Positions 11,702 to 23,821 of a stretch of 64,000 nt of DNA are shown piece by piece. The notes under the pieces are model-generated. The model was not told the origin of the DNA, did no database searches, and worked only from the letters and a program-made list of their open reading frames with translations. Both the position numbers and the translations under genes were made by a program. Every line of letters starts with the position of its first letter. The first letter of the stretch is position 1. Source of the stretch: a virus (taxonomy: Duplodnaviria > Caudoviricetes); IMG/VR virus record IMGVR_UViG_3300029288_000138, positions 19,618 through 83,617 of that record; one strand, 5' to 3'.

Positions 11702-11763
11702 TTCTTGTTTTCTATTCATTTTTATATTAAATTATAGAGTTATTAAAAATTAAAGGGGGTTAT

Positions 11764-12258
11764 ATGGAAAAGGTTTTTTCAATCTATGGCGTAAAACTTA
11801 ATAACCAAGATCTGCAGAAATCTGCTGATGCGATCAATGCTATAGAATCACAAAAGAAATTGTATGAAGACGATGCTTATTTCTATTTAATCCAAATGGT
11901 TTATGATTTAAGACATAATCAAAAAACATTGTTTCATCCAGTATATCACAATAGAAATTTATCAACAGATATTGAAATTTACCAAGAGGACGACGATTTA
12001 TATATTGGAGTAGATTTTTCAAAAGTAAAATCTAGAAGTAATATTTATTCTAAAAAATATATTAATCAATATCTGGAAATAATAAAAGGTACATTAACTA
12101 TAATTTTAAATAATTTGTGTTTATTATCAAAATTAAATTGTGATTTTTATACGGGATTATATACGGATAACACAGAAGATTTAATTGAATGTTTAAAGGA
12201 GAATAAAGGAAATGATAACAGTTGGTGGAAAGTATACGAACGCCAAGATAATGATTGA
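11764..12258 (+). CDS. hypothetical protein (ends TGA TGA)
   Basis: Early promoter plus GGGG RBS; 3' end overlaps the rtcB start. Confidence 0.65.
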   Translation: MEKVFSIYGVKLNNQDLQKSADAINAIESQKKLYEDDAYFYLIQMVYDLRHNQKTLFHPVYHNRNLSTDIEIYQEDDDLYIGVDFSKVKSRSNIYSKKYINQYLEIIKGTLTIILNNLCLLSKLNCDFYTGLYTDNTEDLIECLKENKGNDNSWWKVYERQDND

Positions 12259-13531
12259 TGATATAGAACCTCAATGTTATTCTCAAATATTATCATTTGT
12301 TAATCACCCGGCATTTACAAATAATATTGCAATAATGCCAGACACTCATGCTGGCAAAGGCAGTGTAATAGGATTTACTATGCCATTAAATCCATATAGA
12401 ATTATACCTAATGTCGTAGGTGTAGATATTTCATGCGGAATTGTAGGCATGTGCTTCGGATTTGATGCCAATTTTAATCTAGATGACTCTGGTAAATATG
12501 CATTTGACACTAAGATTAGAGAATTAATTCCATTTGGCCAGACTGTTCATACTAAATCAGTTATTCATTTTAAAAATGATTTCCCTTGGAAAGAACTAAA
12601 TCAAAATGCTATTGAATTTATCAAGAACTTTTATAATAAATTTAAAATTAGAATAGAACCGCCAAATTATGATTATGACTGGTTTGAAAACAAATGTAAA
12701 CAAATCGGAGTAAAAGTAAAATATGCTATCGATAGCATAGGAACATTAGGCGGCGGGAATCATTTTATTGAAATTGGTAAATCTGAAAAGACTGGTTACT
12801 GGATAACTATTCATAGTGGTTCTAGAAATTTTGGTGCTAGAATATGTCAATATTGGCAAGGAATTGCTGAGAAGAAAATTAAAAATATAAAAATAAATGA
12901 ATTACAAAAAGAAATACTCGATATAAAAAGTAAGTATTCTGGTATAGATATTAATATAGAAATAAACAAAGCCAAAGAAAGGCTTGGATTAAATGATAAA
13001 GTATCTGGTGATCTATTATTTCTAGAAAACGAAGATGCTATCAGTTATTTAGTTGATATGTTATTTACTCAAATGTATGCGGAAGTAAATAGAAATTATA
13101 TGTCATATATACTTTGCAATATCATAAATTCTAGACCAGTAAAAACAATAAAAACTAATCATAATTTTATAGACTTTGAAGACTTTATTATCAGAAAAGG
13201 TGCTATAAAATCATATATTAATGAGGAAATGATAATTCCATTTAATATGGAAGATGGCATATTAATATGCACTGGTAAATCTAACCCAGAATGGAATTAT
13301 TCTGCTCCTCATGGTGCTGGTAGACTATTTTCTAGAAGTGAAGCAAAAAAGAAATTATCATTAGAAGACGCTAAAACTTCAATGGAGAATAGTGGTATTT
13401 TTACTACTGGTATTCCATTAGATGAAGTCAAAGGTGCTTATAAAGATTCAGATGTTATCAAACAAGCAATTGAACCAACTGCTGTTATAATCGACAAAAT
13501 CAACCCAATTCATAATCTAAAGGCTCTATAA
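12212..13531 (+). CDS. rtcB: RtcB RNA 3'-phosphate ligase
   Basis: MPDTHAGKG..IG, VGVDISCG, GTLGGGNHFIE, IHSGSRNFG, HNF, RKGA, SAPHGAGR, AYKD. Confidence 0.95.
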   Translation: MITVGGKYTNAKIMIDDIEPQCYSQILSFVNHPAFTNNIAIMPDTHAGKGSVIGFTMPLNPYRIIPNVVGVDISCGIVGMCFGFDANFNLDDSGKYAFDTKIRELIPFGQTVHTKSVIHFKNDFPWKELNQNAIEFIKNFYNKFKIRIEPPNYDYDWFENKCKQIGVKVKYAIDSIGTLGGGNHFIEIGKSEKTGYWITIHSGSRNFGARICQYWQGIAEKKIKNIKINELQKEILDIKSKYSGIDINIEINKAKERLGLNDKVSGDLLFLENEDAISYLVDMLFTQMYAEVNRNYMSYILCNIINSRPVKTIKTNHNFIDFEDFIIRKGAIKSYINEEMIIPFNMEDGILICTGKSNPEWNYSAPHGAGRLFSRSEAKKKLSLEDAKTSMENSGIFTTGIPLDEVKGAYKDSDVIKQAIEPTAVIIDKINPIHNLKAL

Positions 13532-13595
13532 TATAAATTTTTTCTTCTGTTTTATAATATTTATTAATGATACAATTATATAACAGGAGAAAATT

Positions 13596-14840
13596 ATGGG
13601 GCATTATGTTAGCATACATTCTGGTAGTTCTATAGATGAGGCTACCACAAGAATATACAATGTATCTCCGGGCATTGCTACTGCTAGTAAAGCTATAGTA
13701 TTAGACGAGAATAAAGATGTTTCTGGCATTAGAAATATTACTTGTGCCGGTGGTATACTTTTATCTGGTAGTATTTCTGCATCTAATAGATTAGCAAATT
13801 GAAATAATAATGGTGTATTATCATATACAGATTTATATAACTGAATTACTGGTAGTAATAATCAAATTACTATAACAGATAATGGTACTGGCAATGTTAC
13901 TTTAACTGTACCATTTAGTGCGTCTATTGCAAGTAGATCTGCTGATTTAGAAGTAAAATCAGTAAAACAACAAGTTGTTATAGTCGCCAAAGCGGGCGGC
14001 GAATACACTTTGATCCAATCCGCGATCAACTCAATCACCGACGCGGCCAGCGATAAAATCTATACCGTACTGGTCTATCCGGGCGAGTATGACGAAGTGA
14101 TTACACTGAAAAACTATGTAAACATCGTAGCAGTTGACCCGAAGGCGACGAAGATACTCCGGCAAGTAACGGATAACGGTGCTGAGTGTCATTGCTACCT
14201 GAATATCACCATTGAATCGGCAAGCTGGTATGGGCTGTATACTCGAAGTGCCTCTACGGTGGTAGAGTTGGATGGTAATGTTTTCAGCTCTGGTGGTGAG
14301 GGGGCTGTTTGTGAAGAAGGGACTCAAACCATCAATGGGAATGTTTCAAGTTCTGCAAGTTGGGGGGCTTATTGTAAAAACGGTACTCAAACTATCAACG
14401 GTAATGTTTCCAGCTCTGGTAATGATGGAGCATATTGCGACAGAGGGACTCAAACTATCAACGGTAATGTTTCCAGTACTGCTCATTGTGGTGCTTATTG
14501 TAGACGCGGTACTCAAACCATCAATGGGAATGCTTCAAGTTCTGCAAATACCTTTTGGGGTGCTTATTGTAGCGACGGTACTCAAACTATCAACGGTAAT
14601 ATAACTTCTACTTACAACAATGCAAATGGTCACGGTGTATGTATAGATGGTGGCACCTTCATACAGCGCAATGGCTCTATCTACGTCACTCATGCCGACG
14701 CTAAGGCTATTTATGCCCCTGCTGCCCAAAATGTCTACCTGATGAATGTCTGGAGCAATCGGGAATTACATGCCAATATTACTAATCTTATTACTGGTGG
14801 ATTCACTTATGATGCAGATGTGCCAGATGAGTCTTTGTAA
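13596..14840 (+). CDS. tail fibre/spike-like protein with beta-helix repeats; TGA 13800 and 13839 read as Trp
   Basis: Track ORFs 13596 and 14010 are in one frame with only TGA between them; VAKAGGEYTLIQSAINS pectin-lyase-like start; GTQTINGNVSS repeats. Confidence 0.8.
14318..14600 (+). repeat. Five tandem ~60-bp (20-aa) coding repeats
   Basis: Repeated GG(G/T)ACTCAAAC(C/T)ATCAA(C/T)GG(T/G)AAT...GG(G/T)GCTTATTGT. Confidence 0.85.
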
Positions 14841-14899
14841 CTCCGGCTGAAACGCCCGGTGCCAATTTTTCAGCCGCTCCATCTGAGGGCACAGGTTCT

Positions 14900-15652
14900 T
14901 TGACAACTGATTTACTTGCTGATGAAACCGCAGCAGATTTATATGAATGGGACTTTGGGGATGGTGAAACCGATTCAACTTCCGGGTATTCTGTTTCTCA
15001 TGCCTATACAGAGGTTGGTGATTATCCAATATCATTAACAGTAACAAAATCGGGACAATCTAATGAATCTGTCAGAACTGTTCATGTCTATCCTGTTTTA
15101 GATTATTCCAAAGTAGTTTGTTCTGGAGTAGACCAAAGTCATGAAGAAGGTATGCAAGCTATTATTGAAACAATCTATCCGTCTGCTACTGTTACAATAC
15201 GGATTGAATCTTTTTTAAACAGTATTATTTGGGCGAAGCAAAACGGATATGGGATAATATGCAGAGCAACTACTGGATTATCCGATTACAGAATAGCACA
15301 GTTTGCTTCTTATGCAGAAGGTTTTGATATTATACCTGTTCATGCTCATGGTTCTAATAGTAATATAGAACTAACAGACCCATCTTATATTGATGGAATC
15401 TGGTCAGTAAGAAATAGTACAGGTAGTTGGGGTGCTGGTGTTGAGTTTACTATTCCTACTGTTGTGAATGAATCCAATGCAACTTCAACAATGGCAGGAT
15501 ATGTTTCTAAGTTTATGGATACTTATTCACCAGCCGTAGCGGAATTGAGAACTTTATTCAGAGATTTAGCAAGTAATTCAGGGATACATTTTGATGCAGA
15601 TGGGTATGGAACAGTTGATTGGGTTGCCGTTGAAGCGGCTTTAAATGTTTAA
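14900..15652 (+). CDS. PKD-domain protein with C-terminal degenerate subtilase-like region; start uncertain
   Basis: YEWDFGDG....SVSHAYTEVG.YPISLTVT PKD motif; frame open from 14831. Confidence 0.7.
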   Translation: MTTDLLADETAADLYEWDFGDGETDSTSGYSVSHAYTEVGDYPISLTVTKSGQSNESVRTVHVYPVLDYSKVVCSGVDQSHEEGMQAIIETIYPSATVTIRIESFLNSIIWAKQNGYGIICRATTGLSDYRIAQFASYAEGFDIIPVHAHGSNSNIELTDPSYIDGIWSVRNSTGSWGAGVEFTIPTVVNESNATSTMAGYVSKFMDTYSPAVAELRTLFRDLASNSGIHFDADGYGTVDWVAVEAALNV

Positions 15653-15733
15653 ATTGTTATAATTCATGGGGGGCGAGAATCTTGCACCTTTCTATTTTTA
15701 TACTCAATCTAATATTTATATTAGTATAACAAT

Positions 15734-18700
15734 TTGGAGAAATCATTGGTAATCTTAACAGCATTAAATCGTTTGAACTTAGGCTCTAAACGATACAAAG
15801 TAATAGACGAAAATCCTAATTCTAAATATTTTCAAGTATTTGGTTTAACTGACAAAGTATATGGTATAGGAAAGCATTCATTTATATTATATGGTTCACC
15901 ATACTTAATAAAAGGAACTGATATTATAATTGAAATACTTGATATCGAGGGCCAACCAATAGTTTGTCGCGGGGTTCAAGATGATAAATCATTGCCTGGC
16001 TGACGAGTATGATTTAAAGTAACTAAGGCTCATACATCAGGTATAGCAACTATATCAATAGCGGGAAGTGTTGCTGGACTGGGAGATACTATAGGCGGTA
16101 ACCCAAATGCTATCTGACAAAAAACAATATCAATCAATACAGAATTAGCTAATAATAGCGATATAATTTTTAAAGAGACCCCAAGCTTTACAGTTACTGA
16201 AACTATTAGTACTGACTTAGATAAAGATTTAAAATATAGATCTTATGCAAATTTTTATCTAACTGATATGGAAACATATTCTGGTCAAGTTAATTCGGTC
16301 AATGTATATTGTTTAAGTACCGGATCTATTAGTAGTTCTGTCAATCCGTGAAAATTATTAACAAAGAAATCTATTCCAGCAACTGCCGGAATTAATGATA
16401 ATTCTTATTCATTTAAAACTCAAATTAATACTGAAAGAGAAAGAGACTATATATCATTTTATACTGAGTACTTAAATACTTTAGATGAACCGGCTAAAAC
16501 AGTAAGTGGATATGTGTATACGGCATCAGTCATTGATACTCTATTTGAGGGGGCTCAAGATTATATTTTATCCGGAGCATTTGTTGGAGACGGGTTTGTA
16601 ACAGGATCAATATTCTTAAGCAATACTAGGCACTCTGGTATAAAAATGGCTGGAACTAATTCTGGTTACATATTATCAGTTGGGTATGATGGATTTCTTA
16701 GTGCATCATTAGGATTAACTGGACCTGGATTCTTAATTTATAGTGGTTCTGTTCTACCAAGTAGTGGTGATGGTTATACAGGAGTTGGTATAGAATTAGT
16801 TGCAAACAGTAGTAGTTATTTAAGATACTCTACTAATCCAGATAGATTTGAGGTTGTAACAAAAACAGTTTTTCTAGGAACAACTGGTAGTGCTTTTGTA
16901 TCATGTTCTGATGGTTATTTACAAATATATTCTGCTAATTTTAGAATAGATAAAAATGGCAATGTTTATATATCTGGATCAATATCGGCATCTGAAGGAT
17001 ACATTGGTGGATGACAAATACTATCAGATAGATTGCAATCAACAAATAATAATATGATACTGTCTGGTTCTGGTGTTATTTCTTCATCAAATTTTTATGT
17101 ATCTGAAGCGGGAAATTTAACGGCATCTAATGCTTGATTCAAAGGTATAATCAGTTCATCAGAAGGAAACATAGGCGGGTGGACAATTTCTAATGGTAAA
17201 CTAGTATCTAATAATAATAACATGATGTTATCCTCTTCAGGTGTTATCTCATCTTCATATTTCTATGTTGATGAATTTGGTAATTTGTCTGCGTCTTCTG
17301 GTTGGTTTGTTGGAACAGTGACAGCATCTAGAGTTGTAACAGGTGATGGTATAATATCAAATTGAATATTGAGCCCGGAATATTTGTCTGATGCAAATGA
17401 TAAAATTAAACTACAACCAGCTGGACCATATATTATATCATCTTCTCAATTTCAAGTTGATATTAATGGCGGCCTAACTGCATCCAATGCTATAATAAAA
17501 GGCAACATTCAAGCCGATTCTGGTTATATAGGAAATTGAATATTAGATGCGGGTAGATTATCCGGTTCATATATTACTATGGATGCTACTGATTCTAGAA
17601 TATTTAAAACAGATGATAATAATGATGCCACCGGATACTATATAGATTTTACTCCAGGCGCTGGTGATAAGTATTATGTAAGATTTGGGCCAAATTTTGC
17701 TGTATCTTCATCTGGTATTTTAATAGCATCTGGTGCAATTATCGAAGGTGTATTAACTGCATCAGCTGGTTATATAGGTGGTTGAAAAATAGAAACAGAT
17801 AGATTGATATCCGATGGGTCACCATATGTTACAATGATATCAAATACTACGGAAAATTTGGCAATTTCAGCCGGGGCCGTTTCATATCATCTAACTGGTA
17901 GCGCACCGTTTATAGTAACACATGCGGGTGCTATAACAGGATCACAAGTTTTATTTACTGGTGGCAAAATTGGTGGATGAACAATAGGAAATAATCTTTC
18001 ATCAACTGGTATAACTTTGGTACCAAGTGATGCCATAGAATTAGGAACGGCCACCGCATATGATACTGGCAATGGTATATGATTGGGAAATGATGGAGCT
18101 GCTAGATTTGGTAATGCTGCAGCATCTAGGTTACAATGAAATTTAACTAATATTGAAATATACAATTCAACAAATGAAAAAATAATTTCATTTGGTAACA
18201 CAAATACTATTGCCGGGTGATCGATTACCACTAGCAGCATAAGTAAGAATTCAGTATGTATTGATGCTGAAACTGAAAAAATATATGTTTCTAATTCAGG
18301 GTATGTAGTTGCAATTGGTAAATATGATGGTTCAAATTATGGTATATATGCTAATGATGGTTCTAATACATTATTTGAAATGGGAACAAATGGAAATACT
18401 ATTGCTAATTGAACTATATCCAGTGGTTCATTAAGATCTCCGAGTGATGAAATTATATTAGATTCTACTAATAAAAAAATAGTAGTTGGAAATAATATTG
18501 TAATTGATGGAGCAAATAAATCTATCAGCTCTAATGGATATCAATCTGGTATTAAAGGATTTAATATAACTCCAGAATATGCAGAGTTTGGTAATGTATC
18601 TGTAAGAGGAGAAATTCATTCCGCAGTATTTACAAAGGATATTATCAATGCTGTTAATGGCTATTTAATGATAGCAAATTCATCTATTTTATCAGAATCT

Positions 18701-21700
18701 ATAGATGATGCTCAAACATATATACTAGTTAATGATAATGTTTTTAAAGATAATGATATACTAAGATTTAAAGATGAAACAAACAGTGAATATTTATTAA
18801 TTACTGGTTCTATTAATACTGGTTCGGCTCCATATAAATTTGATGTAACAAGAGATTATGATGGAACTGGGGCAAATGTATGGTCATCTGGTTCTGCTGT
18901 TGTTTCTACTGCTCAATCTGGTAGCGGATATATTTTATTAGATGCTTCTTCTAATTACTCACCTTTTATGGATATTATTATTAGAACTGGATCTGGTTGA
19001 AATGATATAGAAACTAGAGCACGATTGGGAAGTTTAGCTGGCATAACTGATTTAGATGTAGGGCTTTCTGCAGGAAACAATCAATATGGTTTATACTCAG
19101 ATAATGTTTATTTAAGAGGAGGAATAGTTGCCAAGACGGGTTCAATTGGTGGATGGGAAATAACAACGGAAGACATTCATTCATCAGGAAGAACTAATAA
19201 TTCAGGTATTACATTAAGATCAGATTATATTGGATTATCAGGTAGTGGGGCTACTTTATACTTAGGTGCTACAACTGATTATATTAAATGAAATGGTTCT
19301 AATTTATATATAAATTTAAGTAATTTTGAATTATCTTCTAATAATATTGATATATCTTCTATAAATGCCTCAATGTCTTTGGGCGAAGGAAAAATAGTAT
19401 TACAGGGGGATGCAACTAATCCATACATATCAATAAATCAAGCAACTAAAGGATATGATCAAACAGGTGAATTTATTGGATATGATTCTGGTGTTGGTAA
19501 ATTCTCATTAAAAACAGATACTACTAAATACTTTTTATACGATGGAACTGATTTATTTTTTAAGTCTCCTAGATTTGTATTAAATAGCGATACCGGATTC
19601 CTATCTATTTCTGGTTCTATAACAGCGTCGAATGGTATATTTGAAGGATATATGATCGCCGGCGAATCAAAGATTGGTAAAGATGTAGGGGGGGTTGGTT
19701 CTAGTGGATTATATCTCAATGCTACAAATTATGCATATGATACTGGAAATTACAGATGGGGTGATGCTACAAATTACTTTTCATCATCCGGCAAATTGGT
19801 TAGTACTAATTTTGAATTGTCAGGGAGCACGACTTTAAGAATTGGAACAGACAAAATTGCACTAGGTACGAATGCTGATGAAATAACTTTATCTGCAGGA
19901 ACTGGATTTTATACAAACGTTTCTGGGCATTTTAAGGTTGGATCAACAACTGAATATATTACTTGAGATGGTTCAAATTTAAATATTTTAACGGATAATA
20001 TATTCTTATCAGGTAGTAATGTTCAAATTATTACAGAGAATTTCTTATTAGGAAACAATCAAAATTATATCAGTGGTTCTGATAATGGGTTAACTATACA
20101 AACTAGTAACGCAATCATTAGTGGTAGCAGTGTTATTATTGATACTCCTATATTCTTTTTAGGAGATACTGGTAGTGCATATATATCTGGATCAGATGGA
20201 AAATTAGAAATAAATTCTACTAATTTTACTTTAGATAATGCGGGAAATATTTATATATCTGGTATAATATCAGCATCTGAGGGTAATATAGGCGGGTGAC
20301 AAATATTATCAGATAAATTGCAATCAACAAATAATAACATGATGTTGTCATCCTCTGGTGTTATTTCAGCATCTAATTTTTATATATCTGAAGCTGGTAA
20401 TTTAACAGCAAGTAATGCAAATTTTCAGGGTATTATATCATCATCAGAAGGCAATATTGGCGGATTTACTATAAATTCTACTCAAATAAATGATGAAGGA
20501 AATAATCTAATCCTGAAATCTAATGGCCAAATAACAGCATCAAATGCACAAATATCAGGTAGTATAGTTGCTGATAATTTAACAATAAATAATGATATTC
20601 TACTGGGTCATAATCTAGATGTAGCTGCAGGCGGTTCCATTACTAATGATAATGTTACCATTGATGATTCCGGAATTCAAATCAATAGTGGTTCAATAAC
20701 ATTAGGATCAAATTTCCATGTTGATTTACTAGGAAATTTAACTGCAAGTAATGCTCAATTTTCCGGTAGTATTATAGTACAATCTGGAAAAATTGGGAAA
20801 TGAAATATTGGTAATGATAGTATATATTCTGGTAGTATATATTTAGGGGGTGGTTTATCATGGTACACTTTAGATGCATTTGGTATTACTCTTGATGGTG
20901 GTGAAGTAGTCGATACTGGGTATAATTATTGGATAAGAACAGAGGATAATGATTATCTATTTAACGTCGGTTCTAGTAGTAAGTATATAAACTGAGACGG
21001 AAGCAATTTAAGTTGAAAAGGAAACAATACTGAATTAACTTCCGATGGACAATTTACTGCCAGTCAAGCTAAAATAACAGGTGATATAAATTGCAATAAT
21101 ATTACTGCTAATTCAGGTTCTATAAGTGGATGGGTTCTTAGTGATGATTACTTAACTGGGGTTGGTGGGTCGATCAAAACTGCTGCAAGTGGGCAGAGGG
21201 TGGTAATTAACGGTGCTGATAATACATTAAAATTTTATAAGCAGGGATTGGATAATCCGATAATAATAATAGATGATAATACATTTGGGGGAGAGCCAGG
21301 TATAAAAATACTTTCTGGATCGATTTATATTTATGAAATCTATATAGATAATAATTCATTTATTGGTAGAGGGTATATAAAGACAAAATTAAATTTTATT
21401 GATGATTTGATGGGTCGTGCAATATGGGCTACCATTAGCGATCCATCTGATTACACATATGCTCAGAAAAGAATAGCAGTATATGCGGACGCTAATGTAG
21501 ATAATGAGGCAAATACTTCTATTCCTATAGGAATTTATGGGTCTGCTGTTACAGCAAATAGCGCGATATCAGCTTGGGCAGGATATTTTGATAATGGTGA
21601 TGTCCTTATTAAAAATTATCTCCGTGTTGGTGGTCTTGCAGATAATATTACAGAAGCATTTGGCATAAAGTTTGGTTCAAGTGAAGATACTAATCTTTAT

Positions 21701-22174
21701 CGCTCAGCTGCAAATGTATTGAAGACAGATGATTCTCTGCATGTAGGTACAAATTTAATTGTCACCGGTAGTATTGTAGTTGGTGATTATTTAGTTTCTA
21801 GATGTATTGCCGGTTCAACTGTTAGGAATTCTCATGATGCTGAAACCAATACTGCAGAAGGTTCTTACACAAAATTAAAGACAATCACATTTTCAAATGG
21901 TTTTATAGGTCAGTTTAGGTGTACCTGACAGATGAAGATATTAGTATATGGTACAGGTTATGCAAAGTTATACAAGAATGGTGTCGCCATAGATGGTACT
22001 GAAAATACTACAACCAATACCAGTTATGAAGCGAAAACAGAGGACGTAACTCTTGATTTTGATTCGACCGATACATTGGAATTGTGAGCTTATACTACAG
22101 ATTCTCCTGTCTATGTCAAAGAATTAAGACTCTCATATGATTATAATCCAACAGTGCCTTCTTCGAATAGTTAG
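15734..22174 (+). CDS. Very large (~2146 aa) virion structural/tail protein; more than 20 in-frame TGA read as Trp
   Basis: Eight track ORFs share one frame and are separated by TGA. The repeated motif IGG[W]xI is encoded by TGA or TGG in different copies. TAG stop at 22172-22174. SGS-rich repeats. Confidence 0.85.
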
Positions 22175-22305
22175 TTTACAAAAGTTATTCAAAAAAAAAA
22201 TCTAGTTTTTCTCTTCTTGTAATATATTTATATATGATAAGTAAATTGCTGATTATACATTATAACAGCAATAAATATTCAACCTAACAAACAAGGAGAA
22301 TTACA

Positions 22306-22776
22306 ATGAAAAATTCATTAGTAAAATTTAATCGTTCTAATCCAATTTTTAGAGATGATGTTGTAACAAGATTTGATGACTTTTTTGATTCTGTATTCAA
22401 TCATTTCATAACGCCTTTTGGCCCGATTGCTATTTCTGAAAGCGGGTATCCAAAAGTTAATGTTATCGAAAAGACTGATTCATATGTCATTGAAGCATCA
22501 GTTCCAGGAATGAACAAAAACAATATCAAAATAACTACTAAAGATGGAATAGTAAGAATATCAGGTGAAAGAAGAAATGAGCAAGAGATAAATAAAGAAA
22601 ATTATTTATGCCGAGAATTAAAGTGCTCATCATTCTCTAGAAGTTTCGATTTTGATGGAATTGCTAATTTTGATCAAATTACTAGTAAATTAGAAAATGG
22701 AATACTAATTATCAATGTTCCCAAAAAGAAAGAAATTATTGAAAAAGAAGAATTTAAAGAAATAAAAATAGAATAA
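22306..22776 (+). CDS. Hsp20/alpha-crystallin small heat-shock protein
   Basis: YPKVNVIE....VPG..K..I, SFSRSF, LENGILIINVPK. Confidence 0.9.
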   Translation: MKNSLVKFNRSNPIFRDDVVTRFDDFFDSVFNHFITPFGPIAISESGYPKVNVIEKTDSYVIEASVPGMNKNNIKITTKDGIVRISGERRNEQEINKENYLCRELKCSSFSRSFDFDGIANFDQITSKLENGILIINVPKKKEIIEKEEFKEIKIE

Positions 22777-22790
22777 AGGAAAAATAACAA

Positions 22791-23012
22791 ATGTCAGAAC
22801 AACAATTAGATTTAAAAGAAATAATTAGTGCTATTAATCTTTGTCAACAAGAATCGCAAAAGTATAATACAGTAGCAAATACATTATCTAAATGCGCATT
22901 ACTAGTGCAGAGTTTATTAAAACAAGGTGAAGAACAAGCGGCAATAGAACGCCCGGCGGCACCCGAAAGTAATACAGAACCAAGCAAGGAAAACACTAAA
23001 GCAGAAGCATAA
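22791..23012 (+). CDS. hypothetical protein
   Basis: AAGGA RBS, intact ORF. Confidence 0.6.
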   Translation: MSEQQLDLKEIISAINLCQQESQKYNTVANTLSKCALLVQSLLKQGEEQAAIERPAAPESNTEPSKENTKAEA

Positions 23013-23042
23013 GCAATTAGCAAGATACAGAATTAGTTTTTT

Positions 23043-23085
23043 AAAATGCTCAGTATATATGTGTTGCTGGGCATTTTTTTTTTGT
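23043..23085 (+). terminator. Intrinsic terminator
   Basis: AAAATGCTCAG/CTGGGCATTTT stem followed by a long T run. Confidence 0.8.
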
Positions 23086-23157
23086 TTTTTCTCTTGTTTT
23101 TTAAATAATTTTATATTAAATTATAGCGTTATTTAAAATTAAAGAAAGGAAAAGAAA

Positions 23158-23553
23158 ATGAACGAGCGATTTCAAAAGATTTTTTTAGAAGCCCATCAGG
23201 CGGGAATGGCTGCTGGCAATGGTCATAATCCAACCCCAATGGTAGTTCAGCAGCACACCAATATGCTTAATGATAATAGTCCAGTCGAGCAAGAATGGGC
23301 AGTTCCCGATGGAGTATGCGGGTTTGCTTGGGTGGTATTAAAGCCTGCGAATAATGCCTTTGCAAAGTGGCTGGTTGCAAATGGATATGCCAGAAAAGAT
23401 TCCTATTACGGCGGAGTAAGACTATCGGTGAGTTATTTTAACCAATCGATGGAACGAAAAGAAAAGTATGCTCGGGCATTTGCTGCAGTAATCAATAAAT
23501 ATAATGAAGAATTGAAATTGAAATATGCTTATCCAATGAGCAGGATGGACTAA
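23158..23553 (+). CDS. conserved phage hypothetical protein
   Basis: GVCGFAWV...F.KWL...QSMERKEKYA.AFA; early promoter. Confidence 0.8.
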   Translation: MNERFQKIFLEAHQAGMAAGNGHNPTPMVVQQHTNMLNDNSPVEQEWAVPDGVCGFAWVVLKPANNAFAKWLVANGYARKDSYYGGVRLSVSYFNQSMERKEKYARAFAAVINKYNEELKLKYAYPMSRMD

Positions 23554-23657
23554 ATTAAAATTATTGTTTTATTGATTAGAATTATTTAAATTATGATGCT
23601 TTTTAAAAATTAAAATTAGTTCGCCTTTAACTATTCAATAAGTTATTTAAAAATTGA

Positions 23658-23810
23658 ATTTGGGATGTAAAAACTGACGGCTATGGTGCATACCGCTATC
23701 AACGACCCAGTCTGGCTGCGCTGCCCACCTGAAATATGGTAAAAGTTGGATTTGCATGACTATGACCTTGGATTTTCGACAGAGAAAATCAAGTAGTACC
23801 CATCCTAAAT
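23658..23810 (+). ncRNA. Unassigned structured RNA
   Basis: 10-bp closing stem ATTTGGGATG/CATCCTAAAT; internal hairpins including CTTGGATTTTC/GAAAATCAAG; GC-rich, no ORF. Confidence 0.55.
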
Positions 23811-23821
23811 TATATATGAAA

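Noticed and set aside
14318-14600. CRISPR array or DGR variable repeat
   Set aside because: The units are in-frame degenerate coding repeats without unique spacers. No adenine-specific TR/VR pair or reverse transcriptase is present in the window.
14272-14604. Alternative + frame ORFs (14272-14604 and 3130-3315)
   Set aside because: Shadow frames within longer genes; the first arises from the tandem repeat.
23658-23810. tmRNA or hammerhead ribozyme
   Set aside because: Too short for tmRNA, with no T-arm/CCA end or tag ORF. The CTGACGG/GAAA segments do not give a proper hammerhead core.
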